DNA of 64,000 nt from Azolla caroliniana (GCA_043228905.1 JBHGNT010000016.1:17670001-17734000); one strand, 5' to 3'; numbered from the stretch's first letter, positions 1 to 13,680 are shown. Numbers and translations: made by a program. The notes: generated by a model not told the origin, from the letters alone.

Positions 1-58
1 AACAAACAAACAAACAAATAAATAAAGACATGAATAAATAGATAAATAGACAAATAGA

Positions 59-93
<35 letters not shown>

Positions 94-143
94 ATAGATA
101 AATAGACAAATAGATAAATAAATAAATAGATAAATAAATAAAT
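1..143. repeat. (AAAT/AGAT/AAAC)n tetranucleotide microsatellite
   Basis: Direct reading of the sequence. Confidence 0.9.
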
Positions 144-317
144 CGATAAAAACTAAAAAAGATTTATCTGGATTTTCTTGTGGGAAAAAAAAAGGATTTT
201 AATAAATACATAAATGTAAAGCGCGTGCTGAGCTGGCATCGATGGAGCAGCAGCGCCAGCTGGACCCCATCTCTTCTCTCTCTCTCTCTCGCTCTCTCGC
301 CCTCCCCAGCCAGAGCT

Positions 318-566
318 GACGTGTCGCCCTCCCATTCGCCCGAGCCGCTGCCACCTCCCCCGCCGACGTGGCGTGAGTACGGCCCCTCCGTGACGTGGCA
401 CGCTCCCCGAGGGGGGGCCAGCTGGCCGGGGTGGCGCTGCGGGCGTGGCAGAGGCCCGCCGCCAGCTGTCTGTGGCTGGTCCGACGTGGCAGGAGACGTG
501 GGGGTGGCACTGCCGACGTGGCGGTGACGTGGAGGGTGGCGCTGCCGACGTGGCGGTGACGTGGCG
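318..566 (+). promoter_or_regulatory. GC-rich cluster of nine GACGTG (ABRE/G-box-like) cores, three overlapping GCCGAC (DRE-like)
   Basis: GACGTG at about 318, 365, 392, 483, 495, 515, 526, 547 and 558, all in the same orientation, about 1.2 kb upstream of the GT47 ATG. Function is inferred only. Confidence 0.4.
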
Positions 567-659
567 GTCCGACACGGCAGTCGAGTTGGCATCCAGCTGG
601 AGGGGCCATTAACCGTCTCTTCTTCTTCTGCACCGTTCTTCTGCCTGTCTGTCTGTCTG

Positions 660-891
660 TCTGCTTCTGCTTCTGCTTCTTCTTCTTCTTCTTCTTCTTC
701 TTCTTCTTCTTCAAAAATGGTGCAGACAGACGCCTGCAGAAGAACCAAACCCTAGGAAGCGCTCCATGGCTTCTTCCTTCCTCCTTCTTCTCTGAATTCC
801 TTCCTTCCTTCCTTCCTTCCTTCCTTTCTTCTTCTTCTTCTTCTTCTTCTTCTTCTTCTTCATCTTCTTCTTCTTCTTCTTCTTCTTCTTC
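660..891. repeat. (TTC)n/(TTCC)n pyrimidine tracts, probably in the GT47 5' leader region
   Basis: Direct reading; these tracts explain the poly-K/E/S ORFs in the track. Confidence 0.85.
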
Positions 892-1097
892 TGTGCGCTG
901 CCCCTCCTGCGTGGTTCCTTCCTCGGGAACCCCCTCCCCTCCCCTCCATACCCTACCCTAACTCTCCATCTCCTTCTTCCTCTCTCATAACGCGCCTGCA
1001 CGCCGTCAAAAGGATCCATCGATCGATCAGCAGAACTTCCTCTCCCTCCCTTTCTGCTCTGAGAACGCAGCATCCTGCCAAAAACCTCGGAGCTTCC

Positions 1098-1134
<37 letters not shown>

Positions 1135-1738
1135 GCCTAGACTTTTTTTGGTGTATACTGGACTCTTCCAACTAGTAACCTCTAGAAGCTCTTGAAGCTT
1201 CCATCGCCCTACTGTACTCTTTGAACTTTGCGTCTTGCAGGAGCTTGGAAGCTTCCAGTGTCTCTCTGCCATATGTATGTATATACGTACCTGTTGGTGA
1301 AACTGTTTTGGAATATCGACGAAGCTAAGAGAGTGTGAAGAAGAACCTGTTGCTGCATTACTGTAGCAATTGATCGCCATAGCATGCAAAAGCTCGACAG
1401 CTTCCACTATTTCTGTCACATCTCTCTCTCTCCCCTGTATTCTTCTTCCTTCCTTCCTCCCTTTTCTGTGGTACTGAAACATAGGACTAGCTCTTCTCTG
1501 CTTATCTTCCAGGCAGTAGTACCTCGGCAATTGGATACCTTCAACCTCTCATAATTTCTGATATATATATATATATATATATATATCTATATATATCTCC
1601 CTCTCCACTGTGTTTAGCTCACATCTTCACTTTCATCTTTCGTCTGTGGTGCTGATTGCATTAAACGCTGGACTAACAAAGAAATCGTCACCTGCACATG
1701 CACTGTGTGCGAATTCACTGTTTTGAACGGATTTTATC

Positions 1739-2294
1739 ATGAGGATGATTAACACAGAGAGAAATGTTGTACGATCAGGAGGATTTCTCAAAGACAGGCA
1801 AGGTCTAGTGGGAATTATGGATTCTCATGAAATGTCGTTGTCGTCTCCATCCAAATCCTCCAAGCCTTTGATGAACAAATTACAGTCTCGAACTAATGGA
1901 GGAGTCTGTTTATCAGACATCAACACACAGAATTACACTAGGCAGTGCTGGAAATCGTACACTACTCATTATGCGAAAGGAGGTCTTATACTCTCATCGT
2001 TTCTTCTATTTCTTCTTCTCTGTATCATGACACGAAGCACAGATTGGCAACTACCTTGCTTGTACAGTACAAATAGTGAAGCAGTGCAGTTAATTCCTCC
2101 CGTTTTGCAAGCTATAAAACCTCTTGCTCTGCAGGTTTCTGAAGATTCTTCTGATGAATCAAACAGACGACAAAGAAAAAGGCTTCTGGATCGTGAGCAT
2201 GATTTCGTTGCTCGCAAACTCAGTCCCAAGGTGGTGGTGATGGAGGACCAGAGAGACCATTCCCTTCTCAAAACCTCTGTGGCAGACAATGACG
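1739..2294 (+). CDS. IRX7: GT47 exostosin-family glucuronoxylan glycosyltransferase (IRX7/FRA8/F8H-like), exon 1 (cytoplasmic tail, TM anchor, stem)
   Basis: ATG at 1739; hydrophobic segment GGLILSSFLLFLLLCIM; donor G|GTATGC at 2295 is phase 1 and fits exon 2. Confidence 0.75.
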
Positions 2295-2668
2295 GTATGC
2301 CTTATCATTGTTGTTTTCAAACGAATTGTTCCTGTTGATATATACTCAGTTATGATACTTGTCTATTGATCAAATGCTTAGCCAAAACTTGCCGGTTAAT
2401 TATTTTTTCCTTGCAAAATCTGATCGGTTGATTATTACTTTTGCTCATTGCATCATCATGATGTTAACTTTGTTTTTTCAAATATTGCGAGCTGCGTTGG
2501 CTCATCTTGTTTATGTAATCCCCTTCTTAATTTCTTGGAACATCATGATTGAAATCATCTTTCGCTGCACTGCTTTTATATCGATTTCTCAATTACTGGC
2601 AGGGACAAAATGTGTTGCATGAGTTTGTCCTTAATCACTTGCAATTGATTCGTGTTCTCTCTATGCAG

Positions 2669-3054
2669 CTATATTAAGCTCAAACCCTCTCGGATTAACC
2701 AGCAACGTGAAGATCTTTGTTTATGACTTGCCGTCAAGGTTCAATGAAGATTGGCTAACCGACAGTCGATGCGCAAACCATCTATTTGCAGCAGAAGTTG
2801 CGATCCATAAGCGATTACTCAACAGCTCAGTGAGGACATCCAAGCCATCAGAAGCGGATTTCTTCTTCATGCCACTTTACTTATCGTGTAACTTCAATAC
2901 ATCCACTGGGTTTCCATCGTTAGGTCATGCTCGCTCACTGATGCGATCAGCGGTGAAGCTTGTGTCTCATGATTTGCCCTTCTGGAATCGAAGTAAAGGA
3001 AAAGACCACATCTTTGTTGCTACTCATGACTATGGAGCATGCTTCCACACCATG
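2669..3054 (+). CDS. IRX7: GT47 IRX7-like, exon 2
   Basis: Acceptor ATGCAG|; KIFVYDLPSRFNEDWL..RCANHLFAAEVAIH..EADFFFMP..PFWNRSKGKDHIFVATHDYGACFHTM; donor GTAGTT at 3055. Confidence 0.93.
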
Positions 3055-3783
3055 GTAGTTATTTTCCTTACTCCTTATGTTGTTTCCATTGTTGCTCAAT
3101 CTGTTATTAGTGTGCACGTATTGAGAATTCCTATAAGCAACGCAACAGCAAACATATTGGGCGAGATGTGCATGAGCTTTAGGATCACACCATTGTGTTT
3201 ATGTTTTTTCAAATATATCATGCATAATTTGTGGGGATGTCTTATTAACTCTTGTATAATGTATTTATACAATGCTTGACCTTGTATGACCTGGCTTATG
3301 TGTTCCATTATCATTATGCCTAGTTCTGCGCCAGTGTGCATCTGAAGATTAAGGCATTTTGCATTAAGCTGGCTGTTGGAGCCGGTGATAAAATGTGAAA
3401 CCCCATTTTTGGATTCAAACGAAGCCTAGTATTATTCTACGACTTATGGCTTGCATTAAATGTTGCAGATATGTTTAAGCTTCCATAGCTGATGCAGAAG
3501 GGTTTCATGATTGATTGCTAATAAATGTAGAACTGATTAAGTGGAGGAATTTGAGTTTCTATGTTTGGATTTGAAAGTTTTCATGACTGTATTCCAAGTT
3601 TATTGTGGAAGCTGATTGATTGCTAATAAATTTTGAACCGATTAAGAAGAGGAATTTGAGATTCTATATTCGGATTTGAACATTTTCATGACTGAATGCC
3701 AAGTTTAAGTGGAAGATTACCTTGGGTTTCAAAATTGAATGCTTTGGACCTTCAGCTTACTGTTCTGATTATATTGTTCACAG

Positions 3784-4028
3784 GAAGACATGGCTATTGC
3801 AGCAGGGATTCCGAGCTTCCTTCAGAAGTCCATAATTTTGCAGACCTTTGGGCAAACTAATCACCATGTTTGCCAAGCAAATAACTCTATACAAATCCCT
3901 CCGTTTGTGCCTCCTTCTTCAATTGATACAGAATGGCTTCCAGAGAAGCAGCATAGGAATATCTGGGCCTATTTCCGTGGTAAAATTGAACTTCATCCGA
4001 AAAACGTCAGTGGTAGAATTTATAGCAG
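3784..4028 (+). CDS. IRX7: GT47 IRX7-like, exon 3
   Basis: Acceptor CACAG|; EDMAIAAGIPSFLQKSIILQTFG..RNIWAYFRGKIELHPKNVSGRIYS; donor at 4029. Confidence 0.93.
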
Positions 4029-4576
4029 GTGTGTACAGAAGTCAGACTTTCTTTTCTTGATTTAGACAGGTAGAGCTTCTTTTTCGAATCGATGTTTTGA
4101 TGAATGAATTAAAACAATCTTGGCATTAATGAGTGTATCAGAAGGATATTGGCATTTTTTAATGGGTATAAAAAAGATGACGGTATCAATTAATGTAGAA
4201 AGATGTTAGCATGGATGAATTTGCTAGAAATATATTGAAATGGATGAACGTATTAAAAATCTGATGCGATTGACAAATGTATCAGAAAGATGCCTGCATT
4301 GAGGATGTAGTTAAATGTTGTCCTTGATGTCTGAGCTGATGAATGTAATTGAATGATGTCTGGGTTGATGAAAGTATTGGAAACTTGCTTTGAAGGAGTT
4401 TGGGTGAAACTTCTGGCTGAGAATGTTTTGATGAATGAATTCGTGAATATTACTGTCATCGATGAAATGCATTAGAAAGATGTTTCCATGGTTGTCACTG
4501 ATTACAGTACCCATAACATTCTAATGACTACTCTGTTTTGCTGACAATTATTGTTCTTGCTATTTGTTGTCAACAG

Positions 4577-5039
4577 GGGCATTCGATCGACAATATGGCA
4601 AAAATTCCGACACAATCATCGATTTTTTATTGAGAGGACAAGATCACCAGATTATCATGAAGAGTTAAAAAGGTCAACATTTTGCCTGTGCCCTCTTGGA
4701 TGGGCCCCATGGAGTCCTCGAATTGTCGAATCAGTCATTTTTGGATGTGTTCCTGTCATCATTGCAGATAAGATTATACTGCCCTATTCACACATAATAG
4801 ACTGGTCAAAGATTTCCATTAGTGTGGCAGAGAAAGACGTGGGAAAGTTGGGCAAGATTTTGAACAAGATTTCAACCACTAACCTGACTGACATTCAACA
4901 AAACCTATGGAATCTAGAGTATAGAAAAGCTTTGTTGTACATGGATCCCATCACAAAGGGGGATGCGACATGGCAAGTTTTTGAGCTATTGTCTAGAAGG
5001 CTCAACACCAGCAACTCAAATAGATACTTAACTGCTTAA
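4577..5039 (+). CDS. IRX7: GT47 IRX7-like, exon 4 (terminal)
   Basis: Acceptor CAACAG|; RSTFCLCPLGWAPWSPRIVESVIFGCVPVIIAD..GDATWQV; TAA at 5037-5039. Confidence 0.93.
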
Positions 5040-8000
5040 AACAGGATTGATTTCATACAAGATCATTATATACATTCATCCAAATTCTTTCTAAACTCGT
5101 GCTTATTTATCCAAGACAGTAAAGTGAGTAAAACCATTACCATGATCATCCCAGATGGAGCAAACTAGATCAGAAATCCATTGTTACTCGCAAGGAGTTA
5201 GTCAGTCAGTTACATTGCTTTGTTAATAGATAGGTCAGGAATCCATTTTTATCTGATTTTTTTTCCTGGGTGAAGTTAGTGGTGCTATTTTTTGTTGCAT
5301 GATTAGTCTGCAAATAAGAACACATCAAAGAAGCGCTTTTGAGGATGGGCCATGTAAGTGATACATATACATAATATATAAACATTTTGATTAGATACAT
5401 GGAGCCCTTGCTTTGGGAGAGAACACAGTGGCCAAAATTTCTCACTTGTTCTCAAAAACAGTTGAATGTTTAACTGTAAAATTTGTCATCAAAGGCTTCA
5501 TTGAAGTGTTGGCCCACTTGATGAAAATATTTCTAGATCCTTGACTAAGCAAAGGCCATCAAACACTATGAGTGACACACTGTCGCATGGAATGTGCGAT
5601 TTGAATGCACCAAAACAGATTGCTAAAGTAAACTTTGTTCTTTGATACAAGTTTTGCATCAAAGCATCAAAGGTTGGGTTGTGTGATTATAAGAAGGAAG
5701 GTATGAGCAACAGAAGGACAATGTTATCAAATTCCCACATGATCATTGAAGGCCCAATGTGTGTATTTGTGCATTGCCATAGTGTTAATTGTATACATGG
5801 TCAAGTGGAAGATAATGAAAGGGCCAAATGGAAGCTGTTGAATGGTGTTGATATACACCAGTGTAAGTTTTTTTTGATGGTCATCAGTTCATTGATATTA
5901 TTCATGTCTCAATATTGTAACGTGACATGCTTGTAGTTTTTCGTGCACTAATGTGCTTTGTTGTATGTTCAAGGTTCAAGAGTTTGGTCTAAAAATTGTG
6001 TACTTGTATAGATGTTTTGTGGTTGGTTATACTCACACATGGAATGGAACCCTTTTGATAAATCTCTGCTTTTGAAAACACCATCTGACTCGGAAGAAAA
6101 ACATCGGTCATCATCATAACTCGGCTTGAATTCCTTAAAGGACCAAAAAATGATGGCATGGATGCTCGAATCTCATTAAGATTCTAACTAAAATAGCATC
6201 ACTACTTGGTGTAGCTCAATCCAAATGTTTGTTAAGAACAATGACCTCACATTTAGTGGGGGAAATATTTTGTTATAAATATGGAGAGGTAGGGGTATGT
6301 TTAGCATGGCAAAAATAATGATTTCCATGCAAACAAGCCTAACAATCCAAAGGATGAGTGTGGATTGGCATGATTGTTAACGTGACTTGTGCGTATATCA
6401 CTCTATTTACTAGTAATATATGTACATGTACCATGAGGGCTGCAAGTTACAAGTATAAAGATAAATGTGTGCATGGATACACAAAGCTATTGATTAATAT
6501 GAGCATTTTGTGCCACAAATTTGGTTCATGAAGTCAACTTGTGAAGGTTGGTTTGTATATAACGTGTTGTTTTCATTTAAAAAGCAAAAGTGTCAAGACG
6601 CTAGGATGGAAGACCATAGAAATGTGCCTATGAGATAATAAATAAATAGAGCATTTCCATCCTTGTCACAATGAAAAACCTCGAGTGCCTTGAAGGGACC
6701 ATTGTGTGCTACAAGGACACATTGTTTATCTAGTTCTGAGTCGGGGAAGTATAGAGTGGACAATGTAGCTTGTAACTTGTAGTTGTGACTCGTGAGCATT
6801 AGTGCATGTCCATTGCATGATAATCAATGCTCCTCACCTAGAGCTAATCTTAGGTAATGAAATGAAGGAGTTGACCAAGTAACCAGGTTTTAATATATTC
6901 TCTCAAAATTTGTGATTGATACACCAAAAAAGCTATCGAGTACTAGCACTTTTTACATGATGTGAAATTAAAGCACAAACTCTTTTATTTAGCCCATACT
7001 CACTTAGAGAGAATAAATAGCTGTTCTGGCGATAATTGATGAGTGAGTCCAATTTCTCGAAATATCGTGGGATGGCAAGTAAAAAGAGGTCGTATTTTTT
7101 TGATTAAAAGACGCTTAAATTATGACAAGAGGAATATTTCCTTTTATCTCTAATGGAACGGGGTAATCAACTTACATGGGAAGAATGATCACATCACCTT
7201 TTATATGGATGGTGACATTATTTATGGTTTGGTCATGGGCAAGAATAGCATATGACCATTAAATATGCATGCAATTAGACATGGCAACAAAACAATGGTC
7301 ACAAAAGAATCAAAGTAAAGCTAAGAGTATGGGTGGGGAACAAAACAAACCTTGCAATAACATTATTAAGAAGAACGACAAGGCAGTCATAAGTTATACT
7401 TCGTTCAATGAGAGGATTTTTTGTGTGATGAGTGAACAAAATCCGAAGAAACAAATAGGAGATTAGCAAGTAGATCACAAATCACTTGGAAAAGAATATG
7501 TGCTATTTGAACCATATCATATCCAACTATAAGAAGACCTAAGAGTACGATGAATGGTATAACAGTCCCCAACAAGCACCCACATATCGTTGAGGTATGC
7601 CAACGATGCACAACAACTTTGGATTGGAGTTGTCATAGATCTCCATTACAATAGGAAAGACAAAAATGTGTTGATTCCGGTTCAAATTGTCTTGTAAAAT
7701 TTGGTGAATATGAGTGACTAACAACACAAAATCCTATCTTACACATAGTTTCAACTTGATGAATCTCAAGCAAAAGAGACGAGATAGGTTGCAAAAGAAA
7801 TAGATATTTAGTGTCCATGCAATTGCAATACGGGAAGGATGGATGCCAAATTTTGGTGCAAGACAAATCGAGAATTTGAATGACTTCACAAATGATGCAA
7901 AAAGTGTCCACCCACCACAATAAAATAAGGTAGCAGTTGTTAAAATGGATTAAGTATGACAGATTCGAGAAGCTATACCCAAATAGCCAAAAGAACTCGC

Positions 8001-8926
8001 CTTTTGGGCTTTTAAACATTGAGAAAGGCTACAATCTTAGCATAAACACAACATTTTCGCAATAGTAAATTGTAAAATGCTAATGCCCTGAACAAAAGGT
8101 CTCTGTCTTAGCAAATAGATTCGAATTGAACCCAAGGGTCTGCACTGTCCCTTGTTATGTTCAGAAATGAAGAATAAAGGTTAATCGAAAGTAGGAGCTT
8201 ATTGTGATTGTGGGCACCAAAGTAGATTGGCGACAGAACCAAACTAATATACCAATATCATGATCAGAACTTAAAGTATAAAGGTAAAGTGCCAGTAAGA
8301 TCTTGTTGTCATTGTTTGTATGAATCAGCCTTCATAGATATGGTTGTTTCCCTACATCATGGCCATTTTCACATAGCCTGACTAGAATTTCCTATTCAAC
8401 TTCAAAATGGATTTGACTTGGATAACACTGTGACATCCACATGCTTATCCACATGCTTAACACAAAGCGTGTGAAACAATACCAAATAATGGCAAACAAC
8501 ACAGCAAAACAAAATCTGCATTATTTTGCTGTGTATTGTACCAAAACTCAACTGGAAACATATTTTGAGAGATGGGCTTCATGATAACCTTCAAGCAAAC
8601 TATACAACTCAACTAAGGTATATACTCTTCCCTTTATATCCTAGAAGGTATTAATGTAGAATGTAAATCAAGGATACTGGCCGACACAAGACAATGTGTT
8701 TTCAGAATTCACAAATTTAAACAAAATGCCATATGAACATGAGCTACACCCTCTCAAGTATAATACCAAACACCTCACTTTAAGTAAATAATTTTGCAAA
8801 GAAGAAACAACCAACAAACCCAATGCGAATAGTTACACTTAACTTTTCTTTCTTTTCTTGTTTTTGTATTTGATTTACTTTTTCAATTTACAGTTTCTCC
8901 AATTGTTTGTTTTCTACACAAAGCTC

Positions 8927-9183
8927 TCATTTTGAGCTTCCCCCCCCCCCCACTGTTATAAATGCCATGCAGTGGATCTCAAACAAAAAACTGAAGGCAT
9001 AGCCAAAACAGCGTATGTGCACAAAATAAAGGATCCTGCACCAATTTTCAATCTGTTTATTCAAACCCCAATTTCGGGTCCAAATTACTTCTTCATGCAT
9101 TTTGATTGAAATCAAAGCTGGTCTGGTTTTCGGAGTAATTGTTGAAGCAATTTGCATTTTGAATTCATTTTTGAGAAGTAATG
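8927..9183 (-). CDS. Putative exon 2 of the ERD15-like gene (may end earlier at a GTAATT donor near 9088)
   Basis: Acceptor TTTTGTAG| at 9185-9184 is in phase with exon 1 (G+CA=Ala) and continues ALLLKNEFKMQIASTITPK; no family motif recognised. Confidence 0.4.
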
Positions 9184-9670
9184 CTACAAAACCACCATCA
9201 TAAGCCACATGAACCAACTATTAGTACATATTAATTATACAGCAAATACTACAGGCAAAACAAAGAGGTTGCTACTATATAAAGCTACATAAATACTGAT
9301 GACTATTGATAAACCGAGCGGACTATATCCAACATAAAAAACTAAAGATACAACAACATGAAACTGTCAGGCACGTACCATATCATATTAACCTACTAAA
9401 TATCAAGTGACTTCAGATCATTCACCAAACTGTCGGCACTCTCTACCCCATCATCAAGCGCACCTGTCGCAAGCACATTTCAACAACTAAAATCCAATTA
9501 TAAAAGAGTATAAACCCATCATAAAACTGTACACTAATGCAATGGTGAACCTTACGTGTCAAGTTTTAAAAACAAAAGGAAACATGACACTTCCTACACC
9601 AAATGATCAAGCAATATCAATGATTGGACCTTGGATTCAGCATAAAATAGATGCTACATACACCAAGGTT

Positions 9671-9705
<35 letters not shown>

Positions 9706-9816
9706 CTGAGCGACAAAAACACAACACAGTTACTGACTCATACATATCGATGAATGTTAGGAATCATCTACTTATATAAGGCCTTCAATTAACTCCAGAC
9801 AAGGCAACTAAGCAGA

Positions 9817-9975
9817 CACACAAATATATCATTGACATACACACACACATGTATGTATGTATGTATGTATGTATGTATGTATGTGTATATGTATGTATGA
9901 TGTACAAGGCAACTAAGCAGACACACAAATATATCATTGAAATATATATACACACACAGATATGTATGTATGTAT
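9817..9975. repeat. ~86-bp direct duplication with (TATG)n in the ERD15-like intron
   Basis: ACAAGGCAACTAAGCAGACACACAAATATATCATTGA occurs twice. Confidence 0.8.
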
Positions 9976-10025
9976 ATGGTATAGATTAGTCGACCTTCTT
10001 GATAATACATTCTTCAGAATCTGAC

Positions 10026-10329
10026 CTGTAATGCCCTCTTCCAAGGCGGAGCGGATCATTTCCTCGGCTTGATCCATCTCAGCAAGGTCGGCCTGGAGGT
10101 CCAAGAGGTCATCGACGGCATCCAGCTCATCCACGTCATCCAGCAGTACGTCCTCGCCATCGTTCCCGCAGTCGTAGCGGTCGCGGAGCCAATACTCACG
10201 GAATGCGGGGCAGGTGTGGACGAGGCGCCACCACTCGGGCGAGAAATCCTCAGCTTCCAGGAATGCAGCGGGGACGAAGAGGGGGGCGTTAGGGTTCAGG
10301 TATGAGAAGGGTCTACTCTTCACAGCCAT
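10026..10329 (-). CDS. ERD15: ERD15/CID1-like PAM2-motif (PABP-interacting) protein, exon 1
   Basis: [10 protein letters not shown] (PAM2) followed by [18 protein letters not shown] and an acidic region; donor AG|GTCAG at 10025. Confidence 0.85.
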
Positions 10330-11989
10330 GAGGCTATATGTGGCAGATTCTGTACCCGTACCTGTACCTGTATGTGTTTCTTCAACTTCTTCTTCTTCTT
10401 CTGTGTTCTGTTCCTTCTTCTTCTTCGTCTTCTGTGTTCTGTTCCTTCTGCTTCTTCTTCTTCTTCTGTGTTCTGTTCCTTCTTCTTTTTCTTCTTCTTT
10501 TTGATCTTCTTCTTCTTCTTCTTCTTCTTCTCCTTCTTATTTATAGAGAATGCTTTTCACACACTTGGGCGGTTTCACACCTGACCTTCTTCTACTTCCT
10601 CTCAATGTATCAATCAAGACATTCGCTCGGAGGAACAAACTGATCATTGCATACTGCGCGCTACCTGCATACATCGTATCGGGCACGAAATCCTGAGCGA
10701 CACCAGCATATGTGGCCCGGCCCGCCCCCCTACCACACACGCTCTTTTGGAAAAATAAATAAACCGGAGATGAGCTTTACTTAAACGAAGTCCAATGTGT
10801 ATGCGCTTGTGCGAGTCAGTATCGGAGGGGGAAGAGGCCTCTCGTTGAAGGCTCACCCTCGAAGTCGGACGCTAAAGCGCCTCGACAAGGAGTGAACCAT
10901 CTTTGCTTGCTGCACGCACGAATTTGGGGCAATAGTTCTTCATATGGAACAACTCTCGACTTCGCACGATGGCTTGGCCAACCAACTAACACGACCGAAT
11001 GAGTAATATTGACTTCTCGACTTACTTGGTGATTTCCCATGGACCCTCGACTTCACACAATGGTTGACAGACGTGTATTGAATGTGCAAATTGGGGGAAC
11101 ACAATGATCGAAATGGATCAAGAGTCAGAAGATGAGCTTGAGCATCTCTAGGCCAAGCTAAAAGAAACCAATTGATTCGGCCACTAGAATGACAGTCTCT
11201 GCTACGCAACCTTGTTGAACTCATATTGGATCCACATCACCACCATTATCATCATTGCTACCATGTCCAACGTCATCACTACGATACTAGCTAACGGTAC
11301 AGACATAGACCACCTCGTCTATTTGACTACTAGTCTATTGATGATGAGCATTGATGGCCACACAACACTCTATATGTGCTCAACAATTAATCATATCATG
11401 GCTAGAAGCCCTCTCTTTATTTGATCATATCACCATTTAGTAGAATAGAGTGTAATTGCTTGCAAAAGGAATGGCTTATCGATTCTTATTTAGAAAGGAA
11501 AACGTAGATTACCACTTAGTTTAATGTTATTATTTAATTTGGCAAGGGGTGATAGAGTTGGAAAACATGGTGGTTTCACAATCTCAAAGGTCATTGGACT
11601 TTGTTGAGATGCGATTCTTGTTACACATTCGACCTAATTATGGGTTTATTTCATAGAAATGGTAGAGTATAATATTGATGTAGGGCCCCTTAAACTATGA
11701 GGAAGCATGAGCAACCATGTTTGTTTACAAGGGACTATTAATATCTTGTACTAATGCTTTGTGGAATTACTTCAATGGTTATTGTCAAAGGTTAAACAAA
11801 AGCAACATGTAACTAAGTTTGTACTTGGATGGTACTTAGTAATCTTATGATGTTTTTGGCATTCTAAGTTTCCATTTCCAACAATCTATTAGGCAAAGTG
11901 TAGAAAAAGTGTTGGTTCATCTGGTTGAACCGCTCCACGCCTGAAATATATATAAACTTGGATAAATAAAATACTCGGAACTTGATTAT

Positions 11990-13677
11990 ATATATATCCA
12001 AGCTCTTAAGTCTATCAAACAACTTCTCCCTAGGAACTGTGTCAAAGGCTTTGCGGAAGTCCACAAAGCAACGATATAATTTCTTCTTACGAGCCTTCGT
12101 TTGGTCAATTAAGCACCTAAGTGTGAAGATATGGTCAATAGTGGAGAAGGCTTGTCTAAAGCCAGCCTGCTCAGGTGCTCGAAGACTTAATGTTTCCATA
12201 TAATTGCTAAGCACCGCTTCCATTACCACACCATATAGTTTAATGGGCGTATGGCCTATCATAATGGTCCTATATGTATTTGGGTCCATTGGGTCCCCTC
12301 CTTTATGTATAGGGGCCACTATGTTCATGGTCCATTGTGGTGGAAAACCCTCGGCGAGGGTGCGGTTGAAGATTAGAGTGAGAAAGGGGGCTTGGCACTC
12401 TCGAGCATATATGATGTGCTCGGCTCGCAATCCTGTGTGGTCCATGGATTTCCTATGTTGTAATATTTTTATGACCTTCGTGACCCTAGATGTCGTGAAA
12501 AGTGTCCCCATGTTAGGTTGGGGTGTGGAAGGCATTGGGATGGGTGGTTGGTTCGGGACATGGTAGAGTCTCTCGATATATGTGTGCCAAATATTGGGAT
12601 CCTCGATGGGTGTTTGTGGTCACGGTTCCCGTAGTCTCTTCCATGCAAGGGTGCAATCCCTACTCATGAGCATATGGTAGAGTTCTCAATATTGGGATGC
12701 TTCCCAAGCTCGTCTTTTACGACGTGTCATCTTGCGCATCTCTTTTCGAGCTTGTACTGAGGAAATAGTACCACTAAGTCGTGACACTTTAAGTTTTCTA
12801 TACAACTCTCTACAATCCTTGTCATACCACTTGTTCTGTGGCATAGACCCTATTCTACTATGATTGGAGTGTTTCGTGTATGGGAAGCTACTAATTGCTG
12901 CCTAGTGAAGGGTGTGTGCAAGTTTTGTAGTGAGGTTCTCTAAAGGCAAGGAAGAATCAAAAGAGGAGAGATGGACTTGAACATGTCGAGAGTAGATGTC
13001 AGCGAGCTCATGCGTGAAATGTATTATGGTGTGATGGTTTGGTTTACTAAAGTTGGTGGCGTGGGAGGTGTCGCATTTTACTAGGGGCATGGGGCCACCC
13101 GGGAGGAGTTAACCATGTGGGTAGCTTCAGGGCGTCCTATTAGGTAATCAATTGTGTTTTCCCCTCCTCCATGTGGGAAACATGTGAGTGCTTTTGAGCC
13201 CGGCCACTTGGCTAAGCCATTATATATGATCATGTGGTGTCGGCTTCCAAGTTCAAGCAGATGATGGCCAAAGCTTGTGGCGCATGCACCTTGATCCTTT
13301 GATGGACGCGTTATGTCTAAGTCTAAAGGGTCGACATTCACCATTTCGAGGTTTCTATCCATCTGAAATATTGTGCATTGTTGGGATTGGGTTCTTGCAG
13401 TGAAATCTCCTACAAGGAAGACTTCCCCTTGAGAAGAATATTGGATTATGTCATCCGGTAAAGGTTCGTATGGAGAAGGCCCATGCGGCGTTCCTTCATC
13501 AACTATACTCACCTCTCCAGCATATTATACCGGGATCCTTTCGGGGGGAAGTAACACACAACGATAAATATCGCATGGTCCTTGCTAGTGAGGACTTTCA
13601 CCCACATAAAACGGGCTTCTGAGTCTTTCTTTAGTATTTCTATCCTAGTATGTATCTCTCTCCGAAATAGTATCGAA

Positions 13678-13680
<3 letters not shown>
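11990..13680 (-). mobile_element. Truncated, decayed non-LTR retrotransposon (RTE/RTEX-like APE-RT fragment)
   Basis: APE motifs LVGDFTART and TIDYLIG; RT motifs PIHKGGDPMDPNTYRTI, EQAGFR..STIDHIFTL, FVDFRKAFDTVPRE; stops and frameshifts; 5' end abuts the (GA)n tract. Confidence 0.8.

Noticed and set aside
153-1530. Several ORFs of 64-194 aa
   Set aside because: They arise from GC-rich and microsatellite DNA (poly-K/E/S); no domain recognised.
3505-3712. ~105-bp imperfect direct duplication in GT47 intron 2
   Set aside because: Ordinary local duplication with no exon or RNA signature.
6100-8400. Possible very old retroelement relic
   Set aside because: Only vague motif resemblance; I cannot support a family or boundaries.
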